Assembly (NCBI GenBank): GCA_905178155.1 | Contig: CAJINV010000005.1 | Location: 6,373,207-6,437,206 of the forward strand | Direction: 5' to 3' | From: Amoebophrya sp. A120 | Lineage: Eukaryota > Protista > Dinoflagellata | DNA: 64,000 nt | Shown: in pieces, positions 24,662 to 37,857 of the stretch | Layout: each line of letters opens with the position of its first letter | How positions within the stretch are numbered: position 1 is the stretch's first letter | Position numbers and translations under genes: made by a program | The notes under the pieces: model-generated | Seen by the model: only the letters and a program-made list of their open reading frames with translations | Database searches by the model: none | Told to the model about the DNA's origin: nothing

Positions 24662-25498
24662 CCGAGCAACTACAGGTGAGAGAGAGAGAGAGAGATAACC
24701 TATATAGCAAGCTAGACAGGACTAGTAAACAACGCACACCACACAGTAGAACGAAGGCCTTGTATCCGCTCTCCCGCTATCGTGATGTCGTTTCCACCTC
24801 GCAACGCCTTTCTGTGGTCCGTCTGATCTACCCGCGGATTATGCGGTGGCGTTACCCTCGTCGAAGGCTTTCGTGGGTGAATCCGGGACAGTTTTGGTAG
24901 TCAGTTCGTCAAGGTCAAACCGGAAGGCGTAGGGATGGTTTACCTGTGGCCTTGTAGCACCGCTGCTGTCTTGAGCGTACCGTTCTTGGCGCGCACGTAA
25001 AAATCAAGACTTAGGCTTAAAGCGGGCTATTGTTTGAATGAACCTGAAAAGCTGAACAAAAGACGACAGGTCCCCGCAGGTGCTCTTCCACGCTACCTGC
25101 TGGCGAACCGAACTAAGGAAAACCCCTCCTCAGACTAGCCATCGTAAGCCGAGCGGATCCCCTGCGACGGCTCGACGCGGCTATTTTAGCGCGTAAGCCT
25201 TATGGGCTTAGACGTCTTGAGCTTTTTGTATACTTTCGTGGCACTTTTATCTAAGCACTTCTATCTAAGCTCGTTGCTCTAGGAAGGGCTTAGCGGGTGA
25301 GCGACAGCTGCGTTTTATGTATACTGTTCTCCTCTGATGCCCTCCGCGCTTTGCGCTCGCGATCGAGCTCAGTAGGGACAGTCTTCGCGTTCTTCGTCCT
25401 TCTTAACTATGCACTGCAGCTCGGTGCCTGTAGCTAAATTTCAGCCTCAACACACGCCTCAACATCATCTCACTTTTCCCCCGAGCAACTACAGGTGA
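24662..25498 (-). mobile_element. Retroposon-like insertion with 18-bp TSD and (TC)n tail
   Basis: CCGAGCAACTACAGGTGA at 24662-24679 and 25481-25498; (GA)n run directly inside the left copy; no long ORF. Confidence 0.6.
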
Positions 25499-26264
25499 AG
25501 AACAACCATTTTATCCCGTATCACAGCACCTCGGAAGCTGTACTTCTACGGTTCTGCTGCGCTTTGCACTGCGTCGTTCTTTCTTTATTTAAACTGCAAT
25601 TTCGCTTGTTTGTTCTCTTATGCATTTAATCCTACCGTTTTCGTCGATAAGGTCATGTTCCAATTTACCTTCAAACAAGAAAAATGGGAAACACAAGGAG
25701 TAAATCTATTAATTTTAATCTATTCTAGTAGTAGAGAAATGATAATAAAACGTATGACAAACAAACATCGGTTTTTAAACAGAAAATCACTGCGGTGAGA
25801 CGATTCCGTACTTATCTTGTTTTGTACTGTCGTGTATAAAAAGGAAAATGCACAACAACTCGTCCCATCTTCTCCCCCCACGCCCGGTTCCGACCCTGGT
25901 CATTGTTCCCGTGAAAGTGCATCACCAGACAGCCTCTGCATGCTGAGCAGTCGACGTGCGTTTTAATACAAGACAATCGTGCATCTTTTTCTATCGATAT
26001 CGTAAAGTTGTAGTACTAACACTGCGTTTATTTCATCTTGGCAGCAAAGGACCAGGAGAATCGGGAGTACCGGGGAAGGGAAATTCGAGTTGTTGTCCGA
26101 GGATTATTTTGGTTTTGTTGTTCTTAATCTTATTCATATTCGTTGTCCGATAGTAAAACAAAATAACTACAACGTCTGTAGTGATCGAAGATGCTAACAG
26201 AAACAGTGAGCAGTTTCGTATCGAAAGGAAAAACCTCTACCCCATCTTCGCAAGAACCCTTTGC

Positions 26265-26556
26265 TATGCACTGCAAAACTATCTGGGTCTGGAATAAAGG
26301 AGGAACTTCTGATGCTTGTCTTGCAAGCCTGCGAAACCCGTGTTGCAATTGCATGACCAGCAGAAAATATGAACGTGGCCGCGCTTTCTACTCGGCACGG
26401 TGTAGAAACGCAGTTTGTAATGCGTCCTCCGTACGAGAAAGCTCAATAAATTTTGTCATGCTTGGCAGGCACCGGGAAAAAGTGGTTGAACCATCTTCCA
26501 GGGTTCAGCATCAACACAAGCTTCTTCCAGACCCAAACGTATACGTGCAGTTGATA
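26265..26556. mobile_element. Degenerate family A introner
   Basis: A-type TIRs recognisable; TSD decayed. Confidence 0.7.
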
Positions 26557-26858
26557 ATCTGTGCGCATGGTGCAGAGACCACAGTGGTGGATCGTTTGAC
26601 ACTTCTGATCCCACTCCATGGTCATTACCACGAGTTCGCCGTCCTTCAATGCATACGATCATATCCGTCATATGCCACTCCCATCCCGGTGTTGCCGTTA
26701 TTTCTCTACTGCATGACAGGCTCTGCACAGGAGGAGCCTGTGGTTAGTTCTTGTGCAGGGGAGCCAAAACGAGGGCGGTCCACATCTCGTTTCAGCACAG
26801 TTTTACAGATACAGGTGGGACGAAGGTTTGGTACACCGCACAGAAGGACTCTCGCGAT

Positions 26859-27112
26859 TATCCTGAGGAAAAACGACCCCAGCACAGAGTTAAGATGAGG
26901 AATCTGCTGCACGAAGCAAGAGGTTTTGGCTGTTGCGCATGACAAGTTGATCACTTTATGCTCATTAGAGCATCACAAGATCATCCCAGATAGCATTGGA
27001 AAATGGTGTTCATGGAGATGCGCATGAGAAGTTGCATTTTAGCTTTAGGCATTGGCATGCAGACTTGCATTATAACTCTGGGGTGGGGACGTCGACGTTT
27101 TTCCACAGGATA
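26859..27112. mobile_element. Introner family B
   Basis: B TIRs; TSD GCGAT. Confidence 0.85.
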
Positions 27113-27352
27113 GCGATGGGGTAGCGTTTTTCCCGCGATAGTACATCTCTGTTGAAATAAATATCCTAGCATTTTTCATACATAATCATGATCTTTAATT
27201 TGTTCTTAAATGCTTGTTTGTCCGTTCTCCGTGTATAAAATATTGCACAGCGGCTGCTCCCTTGGATGGAAGCTCAAAAATTTTCAAAGTCCTTTTACTT
27301 CTTCTCGCGGTTTTCGTTTTTTTACTTCGTGATTTGATAGAATTTAAGAAAG

Positions 27353-27654
27353 TATCCCACAGAAAATCACACCCATACCAGATGAAGAAAATTGAATTTT
27401 TGTAAAAGTGCTGTTTTCCTGTCAGCACCAACACAGCTTTATTAATGCAGAGCTGCAAGATGTAGTTGAGCAGCTATCCTCTGGCATACAGATTGAAGAC
27501 TGTAAAAAATGCCAATGCGGAATAGCAGCTACAGATGTGCCGAAACAACTTGTCGTGCTGAACACGACACAGCTGGCCGCACTTTCTTGTGATGCTAAGC
27601 AAGGTTGCAAGATTCATATAACAATCTGGCATGGGTGTGCTTTTCCGTAGGATA
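27353..27654. mobile_element. Degenerate B-like introner
   Basis: TIR TATCCCACAGAAAATCACACCCATACCAGAT / ATCTGGCATGGGTGTGCTTTTCCGTAGGATA; TSD GAAAG/GAATC. Confidence 0.75.
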
Positions 27655-29359
27655 GAATCGGTTCGAAAGGTATGGGCGCGGCAGGTGGGGAATCTTCGTC
27701 AAAAGGGAAATATATCTACTTCCAAATCTTGCATCGCAATGCCTCTACTTCACACGGCAGTACTATGCAAAGGGATGCCGCTCGCACGGCAAGGGTAATA
27801 AAACAGTCGTGCTCTTTTCCAATGACGAGCATGTTGACAGCCTGGCCTTGCTGCAATGCCAGAAAAATAGATTAGCGGGCCCAGCTATAAATTCATGCAA
27901 GACAACTGATCCTGTCCATTTTGAAAATTTCCCACCTGGTGCTGCTTCCATAGAGACGAGATGATGTTCTTATTCTTATTCTTAATTGGTGAGACGTGAA
28001 AAAATAAAAAAGCAGATTGGAATGGTTCGCAATACTATCGCCGGCGTCCTGGACGCCGGCGTAGTAGTCTAGTACAATTATAATAATTTTAGTTTCTCTG
28101 TAGCTGTAGTCTGTGAATGAAAAAGCAATGTAAGTATGTTAATGTTTAAGATTAGTCTTGCTCGCCTACAGTATTTTCATTTTAATCGTGCATAACAAAA
28201 TTGTGCGCAAAAGTGCAAAAAAGTGAAAACGCTCCTCCTCAGACGGCTGTCGAAACAACCACCTCGATTGCGAAATCAATCAAATTCAAAAAGATATCGA
28301 GTACAAATATGCCTGCTATACTCGTAATCTTAAGTGTGAGAAAACAATTAGAGAGCTAGACGGATCATCCACACTCTACGTCACAAACTGTTCCGCTCCA
28401 CGTTGTTCCATAATTTGAGGGGGGCATACTGGAAATTGTATGTCGCTCCTCTGCTATGGAAAACAAAAAAAAAGCGCAACAAAAAAAAAAGAAAAAATGA
28501 GCCTCCAGGAAAAAACGCTTATGAAAAAACGCGCCATCCTAGGAAGCGGTTTGTGTTTGTTAGTTCTGCACATGCGTCATTAAAATCGGCTGCTCCCGCG
28601 GAAAAGAAAGAGAAAAAAAGTTCCTTCCTTTCCGTTTTGAAAACCTCCGAACCCGAAGACGGCAAAAAACTCGCATATCCTCTTCACGCACTGGCGCTTC
28701 TTCACATCATGCAAATCTTGCGTCACAAAGCCTGACACAGACAAATTTGCAATGCATATCAAGTTGCGCGAAGCTATGGCAAAAAAAAAGTCCAAAGCCC
28801 CGCAATAAAGCAAAAAATGTGAAAAAAAAAACGCACGTGCGGAAAACAACAGCAACTAAGCGGTTTATGTCGCTTTTTTGGCGCTGCTCTGGCGCGAGAG
28901 AAAAAAAAAGGCGAGTCCTTCATCTTTCGAAAGATTGGCGCGATCGCGAAAAATTAATCCTATAGATTTGGTCATGATTCTACTTGGTTTTCCCTTTTGA
29001 AGAACAGAACTGTCCGCCATTGCTGTTCTTCTCTTTGCGCTGCGCATCTTTGACGTGAGGCACGCACATTTTGATTTCAGCCGCACCGAAAATAAAAGAA
29101 TACTTATATCGGGAAAACTTTCGTAGAAGTAAGAGTATTAAAGTCCTCTCTTTATTTTAAAATTTGTCCGGAGAGGGCAAGCGCATGCGTCGATGCTTAC
29201 CATTATTTTCCAACTCTGTCCGCAAATGTCTGCAAGGCAGTGAACAGTGTGATAGTTGCTGGAGCCGATTTTCTTCGGAACTAGTATTCTTGTTTCAACG
29301 TACAGCACGATTGCAAATCTACAAGTGCTCAGCCCTTTTCAACAATACGTCTGTCATGC

Positions 29360-30273
29360 TCAGCCCTCTTGCGGGGTCGTCTGATGGTCAAAATACGTTT
29401 CCGGTACTGAATAATTCACCAGAAAGTTATTTTCGTTTAGAAAAAATCTGTACTCCTCGTCATAGAACCCGCCCATGCTGCTCGCATCAGAACCTCCCGG
29501 CCCGTTGAAGTTAAGCAAATTCAAAAGCCTGAGCCGCAATTCCAATAGAGTCGCTTGCGATTTGTCTCGCAATTTCTTTTCCGACGGCGCTTCTGCGACA
29601 GGTGGGCGAAGGTCAGCGGGGGACTTTTGCTTGTAATACATTTCGCACATTTCTTCCATGTTGTTTCCGGTTAAGGCGATCGCAAAAATTTTGTCCTGGT
29701 CGTAGCCATTAACACTCGTCGGGCCTGTAGGCTGTTTTGTACAAAAATATTTGAAAAAATCGCGCGCCCACAGCGTTTCAACTCCTTGGGCAACAGAGTT
29801 AAACGGGCGCCGGTACTGGTTCGGGAACAAGCCCGTAAGCCGGTTTTTTGGGAGGAAGCTGCTAACCTTGCTGCTGCCTTTCGTGGTCGTGTGCACTTGC
29901 GGCGAGACCGCAAAATCTTCCCAATCCGCGTCGACCCACTTTTGTAGCTCCCGGAAAACCAAGGCGCCGAAAGATGGGTCCTTCCAGTCAATTCTCCAGC
30001 TGTCCCAACCAGTCGCCTTCACATTGTTTAACGCTAGGTCTTCTTGCTCACAGTGTGGAGCGATTTCCTCCTGCACTTTTAGTGGCAGGAATCGAAAAAC
30101 ATCCAGCCGCTTGAACATGTCGTAGTAGCTAAATACAGCCTGCCACTCAGTGGCCTTCCTGATTTCTGCCGCCCCGCTCAGGATCGCCTTCTGCAACATC
30201 TGATCACACACACTCGCGAGGCTTCGAACCTTCTTGTCGGTGTACAAGATAGCGCACTTGTCTTGCAGGTTCT
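29360..30273 (-). CDS. Exon encoding the last Cys-patterned repeat module (ENLQDKC...FRFLPLKVQ...HC) plus C-terminal tail
   Basis: ORF 29360-30319; motif shared with upstream modules. Confidence 0.65.
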
Positions 30274-32099
30274 CGGGTGCAAGGAAAATAGGCCCCACAC
30301 CGCACACCCCCATCGCCACTCCATGATAATCGTGCGGGCGCGCCCTATTCTAGCACACCCAAGCCCGTGGCCCACTCGGGGCTGAGAGGGCGGCCAACCA
30401 AATTCAGAACGCACCGCCCCGCCGCCCCCCTAAAAAATGAGAAGAGCACCCACAGCAAAAGACGCGCAGACAAAGGAAAACCAAACCTGTCAGAAAAAGA
30501 TAAGGAGGCGCCCTGCCTGTGAATGGCGAATCCCCAAAGGGCTGCGGTGCTTAGTTATGGGCCTACCGGGAGCCGATGCCACCTAGCGAACAAGACGCAA
30601 AAACAAAAGCAGCCACGGCAGCTTGTGCGCACGTGCTAGATGGCGGGCAAACTGCGAGCGCGCCCGCGCAAATCCCCCCGCGGCGGCCGTAAATGAATAC
30701 CAATAGTAGCCGCCAAGGCGAGGGTAATGAGGTCACGCCGGTTTTGTTGAGTGGCGGAGGGGCTGCCCCTCCGCCACCGGGGCAGGAGGGCGAGTGCGCC
30801 GACTTAGGGCCCCCTGTGTCTCCCTTGGCCCGCCCGACTAGGTAGATACGCACGGCCGCGCGGCCCTTTTCCAATCGCCCCCCGCGCGCCAACCCGCGGG
30901 CGTGGCGTCTGAATCTTAGTGGGAAACTAACACGACACACGGCGGGGCCACGACGACCAGTTGGCCACCCCTACTTTGACTAGCGCGGCGGGGCGTCTCT
31001 GCCGGGCTTGGGGTCATGCAGGTGCAAAACCCTCGCCAAAATGATTCCGCAACCCTGCCTGCCGGCACGACGGAGGCGGCCCGGTGTAAAGCCCACACCC
31101 ACCATCCAAGGCCCCGCGGCGTGGCGGGTTCGAAAACCCCGAGGCGCCGAGCCCCACCCGGGGCAATGCGCTTGCCTCCGAACACTACGCGCAGGGGCGG
31201 CCGGGGAGGCTTGCGGTGGTTGCGCGCGTCGTGGCGCGTGTCGCTCGCCCAAGGGAGGGCCGGCCGGCGCGGCAGATGGGGCGCCCGCCTTTGCGGCGTC
31301 AATACCCGTTGCCGTGCAATGGGAGAGAAGCCTGGCTGCCAGCGTTTGAAGAACTGCCAGCGCAAGAACACGATCGGCGCAAAATAGAATGCGCCACGAA
31401 GGGCCACCTGGCGTCGCATCCGATGTAGCAGCAGGCGCCAGCCTGCGGGCTGTTTGGTTTTGACTTTGGCGCCACGACTGTTTCTCGGGCGCACTCCTTG
31501 GCCACAACTTCTTGACCGTGCGCGCAGTTTTTGGAAAAGGCATCACAGCCGCCATCGCGCAGAAACCTTGACGGCCTTCTTTCTACATGGCCCAGGCCTG
31601 CGCCTGGACCTGAGAAGCCAATGGCGCGCGCCCTCGTCAGAATCAAAACCGTGCCGGACCGACGGGGGCCTGCTTTGGTAAGCTGCGGCCCCTGGCCAAT
31701 GTGAGAAAGGGCGCCGCGCCCCTGTTGCGCCGCCTCGCAATGCGCCGGAGCTTGCCGGCCGAAGGAACGAAAAAGCAATGCGAGCGCAAGCTTTTTTGAT
31801 AATGCTGAAGAAAAAGGCAACACTATCAGGCGCGCCTGGAGCGAAAAAAGAAAACCGGCCTTGTCCTGACTCACTGGCCTGCCACGACAGCGCGTGGCCC
31901 CTGTCATTGACTTAGGCAAGGCCGCGAAGCATTTGCCCCAAGCAGGCGCGGAAGCGCACCCGGTCTGCATACTGGATCCGAAAAAAAGTTCAATGCGGGC
32001 GCGAAACAAAGCACCGAAGGCGCCCTTGGTGCGTCGATAGCAAGGCGATAGCGATAGCGGTATCGGGACGGGGTGGGGCGCTCTTGTTCCGCGTCCTAT

Positions 32100-32634
32100 C
32101 CTTCCGAAGCGGGTCGCCGCCTCGACTTTTTCTTCGTGGAACACGAGCTCGTGGCCGCCCGGGCTCTCGCGAAGCTGCTCCCCGCACCACTCGCCCAACC
32201 CAGAGCTGTCCCTTTTCATTTGCAAGACGAATGCTTCGACCGCCTTCGGATAAACTTCATCCGGGGCCGCCTTACTCGCGAGGCTCACCACCGGTTCGTC
32301 GCCGCTCTGCATCTCAAAGACACTGCGACCGAGAGACGCGAGTTGAGACCGCAACAATGCGTCGAACGTCACCGGCATCCCCGAAGCAATGGCCGCGCGT
32401 GTGCAATGTCTGCTAAGGAGCCCCTGCGTTTCTTCCGGGAGTAGTCGAAACGCCTTGAGACGCGCCTGCGCTTTCTTCGTGGATTCGGCGTCTCGTTCGG
32501 CATGCCTTCGCTCCAACTCTTGGTCCAGCCGGTCATTGCATTCGCTCGCCTGCTCCACCAGATCCCTTGCCAGAGCGGGGTCAAGTGCTTTCTTGCCAAG
32601 ATAGACAAGCTTGCACTTTTCTTCGAGATTTTCA
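32100..32634 (-). CDS. Exon encoding a Cys-patterned repeat module (ENLEEKC...FRLLPEETQ...HC...WC)
   Basis: 5' part of ORF 31299-32657; similarity stops at RFG. Confidence 0.65.
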
Positions 32635-35218
32635 TATCGAGGGGAGATCAGCTGCATAACACAGAGGGCCCCGGTACATGGTCACACGGCTACGCATGCA
32701 ACATCGGGAAACAGGATCGCCCAAGCCATGACCCCACGAAACCCTGCCTTCCAAGAAGCAGGCGGCTAAGCCAGGCATGAAAGGACCTGCGCTCCGCCGC
32801 TTCCTAACTTAGCCAGCGAGCGCACCGTCGCGGCGATCAAAGATGGGAAATCGCGGGAAACTTTCGGCACTGTTACCCGCCCACCGGCTCCCACTGCGGG
32901 CGTACCCCACTACACCAGGGTCGCGAAGCTGCTGCGCGATGCATGCGCAACTATCGCGTGCGAAGCACTGAAGAAGCCAAGCGCCCTTAATGGCAAAAAG
33001 AAAGCCGAAAGGGAAAGCGCGGCCGCCTCTATATCCATGAAAGAAAAGAAATGGCCCCGCGGCCGCATATTGGGCGCAAGGGTATCCCAGCGAAGAGCGC
33101 TAGCATATGCATGCATGGCGCGGGCGGGTGCCATGTGCGCCCAGGCGTGCGACAATACAAAGCGGTCTACCGCCAACAGAATCGCAGACCACAAAGCCGC
33201 GCCCCCTTGCGGGACGCAGAACGAAATACCCCTGGCGCCTACGATAGGGCCCACCGCCCCCCTCTCTGCGCCGGGCGCTTAGCCCGGGAGCAGGGCCGCC
33301 CTGCTGCCTGATACCGGGCGCAGAGGCATTGCGTACGCCACACATTCAGAATCTGCAATGCTGGGCCCCGCTTTCCAGGCCTCGCGGGCCATGAAAATGA
33401 ATGCCGCGCAGCAAGCAGATGCACTGCTCGACGGAGACCTAGACGCGCTCGCGGCTGATAGCAATGCAGAGGCGCCAATGGCAGCAGAGCGGGGGGCGGG
33501 GGCGGAGATGAGAAGCCGAGGCCCCGCTCCTTCAACTTGCTGCAACTATGTTTCCACCAAGAAAAAAAGCCTGCGGCGCCGAGGCACTACCCGGAGGGAA
33601 AGCGAACAAAACTGGGCCCCGGTGGCCGCATAAGCGTTGCGCAGCATCTTCCCCCGCATATTTTCCCGAAGTCAATAGCCAAAGCAACCTGGCTCGCTGC
33701 AGGAATCTGGCCCCGCCCTTTCGCGGAAGCCATACCAAGGACAATCACGACGAAAACACGCCCCACGCCCCGTAGAGGATGCCCAACAAAGAAGACGCCC
33801 CGAAAACAAGGGCCGGCCTGGGCGGGCAAAAGGCGCAACCGCGGGGGCGGTTGGCGAATTGCAAAAAACCACACGCACAGCGAGGCCGCAGTCGCGGCCG
33901 GACGCAAGGTCAACGCGTCAAAGCAGACAACGCTCCCCGCGGGCCAGTGCCATGGGGCCAATGAAGCGCGGCCGCCGCGCAGCTGGCGCAACTGGAGATC
34001 CCACATGACCTCGCCGAAGCGTTCGCGCCCCCGCCATTTTCGCTTCCGGAGACGGCGGCGGCGCGGTTCGATATCTGGGCGCGCGGCGCGCTTTTGGTTG
34101 CCCTGCGCGCCCGCGCCGGCGCGGCGGGGCCGCCTGCTTGGGTGGCCGGTTGCTGGCCGACCGCCGCATCGCACCCGGAGGGCGATCGGTTGGGGGGACG
34201 GAGGGGGGCGGGCCGGCCCTCCGTCAGCGGAAGTTATAGGGCCGGCCCGCGCGTCGCCCCTCCCAAATACAATCCGCCGCCGGGGCGGGGGTAGTGAGGC
34301 CGCCGCCGTTTTCTTGCGCCTTGGCTCGCTGCGGGCCCACCGCGGCGCCTTGGGTAACGTTATGCAACCGCGGCTGCCCCAGTGCCACCGCTGCTTTTGG
34401 CACATTCCGGCGCCCCTCTCCGAAACCCTGTCCCGGCGCTTCGGGGCCGACCCGGGAGCCGCGGGAGGCGTCCCAACAACGAAGGGAAAAGGGGCCAGTA
34501 GATTACGAGGGCATTTCTTTTATTTCCGCTCGGCCAGCTTTCGAGGATGCATTTTTTCCGGGGCTCTGTGACCAGCACCGCGAAAGGTAAGGCAGCCGCC
34601 TTTGCGGCCGCCAAAAATGTCCCGAACACGAGGACACGCCGCGCGGTTTCGCCTACGTAGCAACCCTTGCGCGCGGTTTTTCCTGGCACTCGTTTGGGCG
34701 CCCCAAAGATCCAGGCAGGGCCCCCGGCGGCAGGCGCCTCCGAACGAGCCGCCTTTGCCGGCCCGCCACCGTTGGTCTTTGGGGCGTTGGAGGATGGGGC
34801 GCCGCCGTGCTTCGTTGATCAGTCACAGAGCCAAACAGGCTGGGTAGCTTGATAGGCTTTTTCCCAAGTCAGCAGACGCGCCCTAGAGCCAAAAACTGCC
34901 GGCTGTTTTCGGGGCACCATGTCAAGCAGGCTCCCGCGCTGGGGTTGTTCGTTGGCCGCAATACATGCCACGCGGCCGGACCACTAAAGGCAGCAACAAC
35001 ACGCAGGCCCCCCGCCCTTTGCGATGCCTTGCGCCGGGAGCGCGAACTGGGCTGGCCCCTGCGCCTAGCTAAGCGAAATCGGGGGACGCGGCCGCGCCCG
35101 CGACTCTGCTTGGTCGGCCAGTGTTCATAACCTGCGCAGAGGGCCCGCGCGGGTGCTTTCAAAACGGGTGGGGGGCTGGCTCTCCAGGCCGGGTGGTATG
35201 GGGCGTGTTTTCGACATA

Positions 35219-36672
35219 ACGCCGACGCTGGGCCTGCAAAAGTTTTTGAACTGCACTCCGCCCCCCTCGAGAAGCTTCTCAAGCAATGCCAGAATGGGCG
35301 CGAGGCCCCCGCCTGCTGCCGCCCGCGCCTTCCCGACACTCTCGGCACCGGCGTCGAAGCTTTCGGCGACTGTGGTGCGAGCGTGTTCTTTCAAAGCGTG
35401 GTCAAAGCCGCTTCCGAGACGGCCGCTGACACCGCTCGAGCATGAGCTGGCGAGGTCCGCCTGTTTTTTCAGCGGAAGGAAGTTGAACAACGCGACGCGC
35501 GCCTGCGCTTCCGGATCTGTGGCTTTGTGCTCGGCAACATCCTCCAGGAGGTCGCGACATTCCGCTGCCCGTGCCCCCAAGTCCCCCGGGGCGGCCGGTT
35601 CCAGCGCTTCGCGGCCGTATGCCCTTTTGCATATGTCTTCCAGATTTAATCCGACCCTAATGGCTCCGTCCATTTTGGCCAAGAACGCATCGCGGCTGGG
35701 CTCGCGTTGGAAGTCCTCCGCGCCCACACGCAATCTGCACCAACTTTCGGCCACGTCGCTCTGCAGGCCTCGCGTGAGGGCGCCCTCCATCTGCCCGTAG
35801 GTCATATCAGATCGATAATGTGGGCCAGGAAGAGCGTCCGGGAGCTCGTTCTTCGTTAACGCGGTCACTGCCTTCTTCAGCATTTTGTCCAGATTCTCAG
35901 GCGTGTCGCAATGCTTTTTCAGACCTGCTTGGAATTCCACTGGCAAGAGCCGAAACACCCGGAGGCGTGCTACGGCCTCCTCCTTCATGATCGCCTCCGC
36001 TTCGTTGGCGAGAGCCAGGACTTGTGTGTGCGACATTTCGGCATCTCTCATCACGGCATCTGTTAGCTTTTCTGGGGCAGCAGTTCCTTCTCCATACACA
36101 ATTTTGCACTTCTCCTCGAGGTTCTTTGCGAATTCCATAGCGGAGGTGACCTTGTCCTCCTGGTGCACGAGTTTGGCCTCGAGTCCCAGCGCATGGCGTC
36201 TGCACCAATTTTCAAGGTCGTGGACGCCGTCCAGAAGCGCGGTGAGGAACTCGTTGATCTGCGCAAATTTCTTGTCTACGACCGATGCTCCTTGTAGGAA
36301 TAGCCGAAGTCGTTCATGGCCATTCATCAAATTTGTTTGATCACTAACCCAGTCCTCAAGCGCCTTTTTTAATGTGTCTTCGAACCCCTTTTTCTTGCCG
36401 GTTGCAGTCAGATCAAAACTCCTGGTGGAGCCGCAATTTGTTGACGTGGCCACCCGTGACTGAACCTCTAGCGGTAGAAATCGAAATACGAGGAGGCGCC
36501 CTTTCGTTTCTTCGATCTCACCCGGTTTGCTGTAGTCAACATTTTTTCGCAAAGCCTCGTCACACTTCATGGCGACTCTCTGAGATTCTTTAACAGGGGC
36601 TTTGCTCGTGTCTTCTGTGTCAGAGGCTGTTCTGTCACCGTAAACAAATTCGCATTTTTCCCGCAGATTCTC
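35219..36672 (-). CDS. Exon encoding three tandem Cys-patterned repeat modules
   Basis: ORF 35125-36807: ENLREKC/KNLEEKC/LNLEDIC, each followed by F(R/N)(F/L)LP and spaced Cys. Confidence 0.7.
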
Positions 36673-37857
36673 CTGTCGCAAGGAAAAACGTTGCACACCA
36701 CACACGCGCGTGCCATCTTCAAGCCACATGCTTCTTCTCGTCTCCCTGCACACTGACTGTAGCTGGACTACTTTCATTGATCTCCAGCTGACAGTGCCTG
36801 AGCCCATTCAAGAACTGCAAATCGCTTTCTTTGTCTTCATCAACAAGCTTCCTCGTTCTTTAACCGACGTCATCATCATCTTTCTAGCGGGGGGGGGGGT
36901 GCTAGGGGTTTTAGGACGTGTTCGAATTCCGCCTGTTCCAGCATCGGATGTAAGGGTAGTGCAGGATGCTGAGATCAAGATTTCTAATTTCGGTCACTCG
37001 TCACATCATCGTGGGTAGAGGAAAGTAGCCGCGCAGAGACATTGTATTGCTGTCATCCGGCGCGTGCTGATGTGCCTCCTGGACCTCGCACTGCAGCCGC
37101 TGGAGGCGTGCAATGCACAGATGTTGATGCTAATTGTATGTAGCCACTGCAAGCGTGCATGCCAGCCTTTTCTTCCCATAATAAACACTACCTGCATATT
37201 TTTGTAGTCGAGAAGGAAGTCGGAAACTTCTATTAAAATTTCACATGCAAATTTTTACGTGACTAGAGCTAGACGTGGTTGATGTGCAACATTATTCTCT
37301 CGATATCTTCCCGTCCTTGAGAGCGGCAGGGACTTCAAGCGGCTTGTACTTAAGTTCTACAACGTCCTTCATTATCAAGTCGAAAGCATTTCCAATGACC
37401 AACACAACAAAAACACAACCCAGGTAACCGTGAATATCGACAGGGAAACGCAGACGCGTAAGAAGCTCTGAGCCATCTACAACTTGGCTTCATCTCATAA
37501 AACCATACTCCTCCTCTGTGTTCTGCGGGAACTCGGACGCGAACCGGCAGTGCGGTGCCTCCGGCAAACAAATGCAAACAATGCTTTACTCCTTGCTTCA
37601 CACACGCATGCCATAGAAAAAAACTCAGGCTCGCTGACTGAGTAGAGCATGACACTAGGAGGAAAAATCTTTCGCGCAATTCGTACACGACACGAAATAA
37701 GGCATCTAAATCAACCCAATGGGCAGTACAGCACAAAGGACATTAGTCCTGCGGGCACCACACGCACAGCTGTGATGTAAGGCCAGAGACGACACACCTC
37801 CGCGATAAGTGTGTTGCTTTTTCTTCAGGTGCTCGTATTGGAAAATGTTTTCGACAT

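Larger units (their letters stand above)
26130..27950 (-). pseudogene. Possible divergent or decayed gene carrying three aged introners
   Basis: Introners at 26265, 26859 and 27353 suggest a transcription unit, but I could not build a continuous frame; boundaries and strand are guesses. Confidence 0.3.

Noticed and set aside
24900-25400. Hammerhead ribozyme in the retroposon-like insert
   Set aside because: CTGANGA-like words lack a correctly placed GAAA and stems by eye.
30563-35130. Many overlapping R/A/G/P-rich ORFs
   Set aside because: Expected by chance in GC-rich DNA; only the module at ~32100-32634 has homology support.
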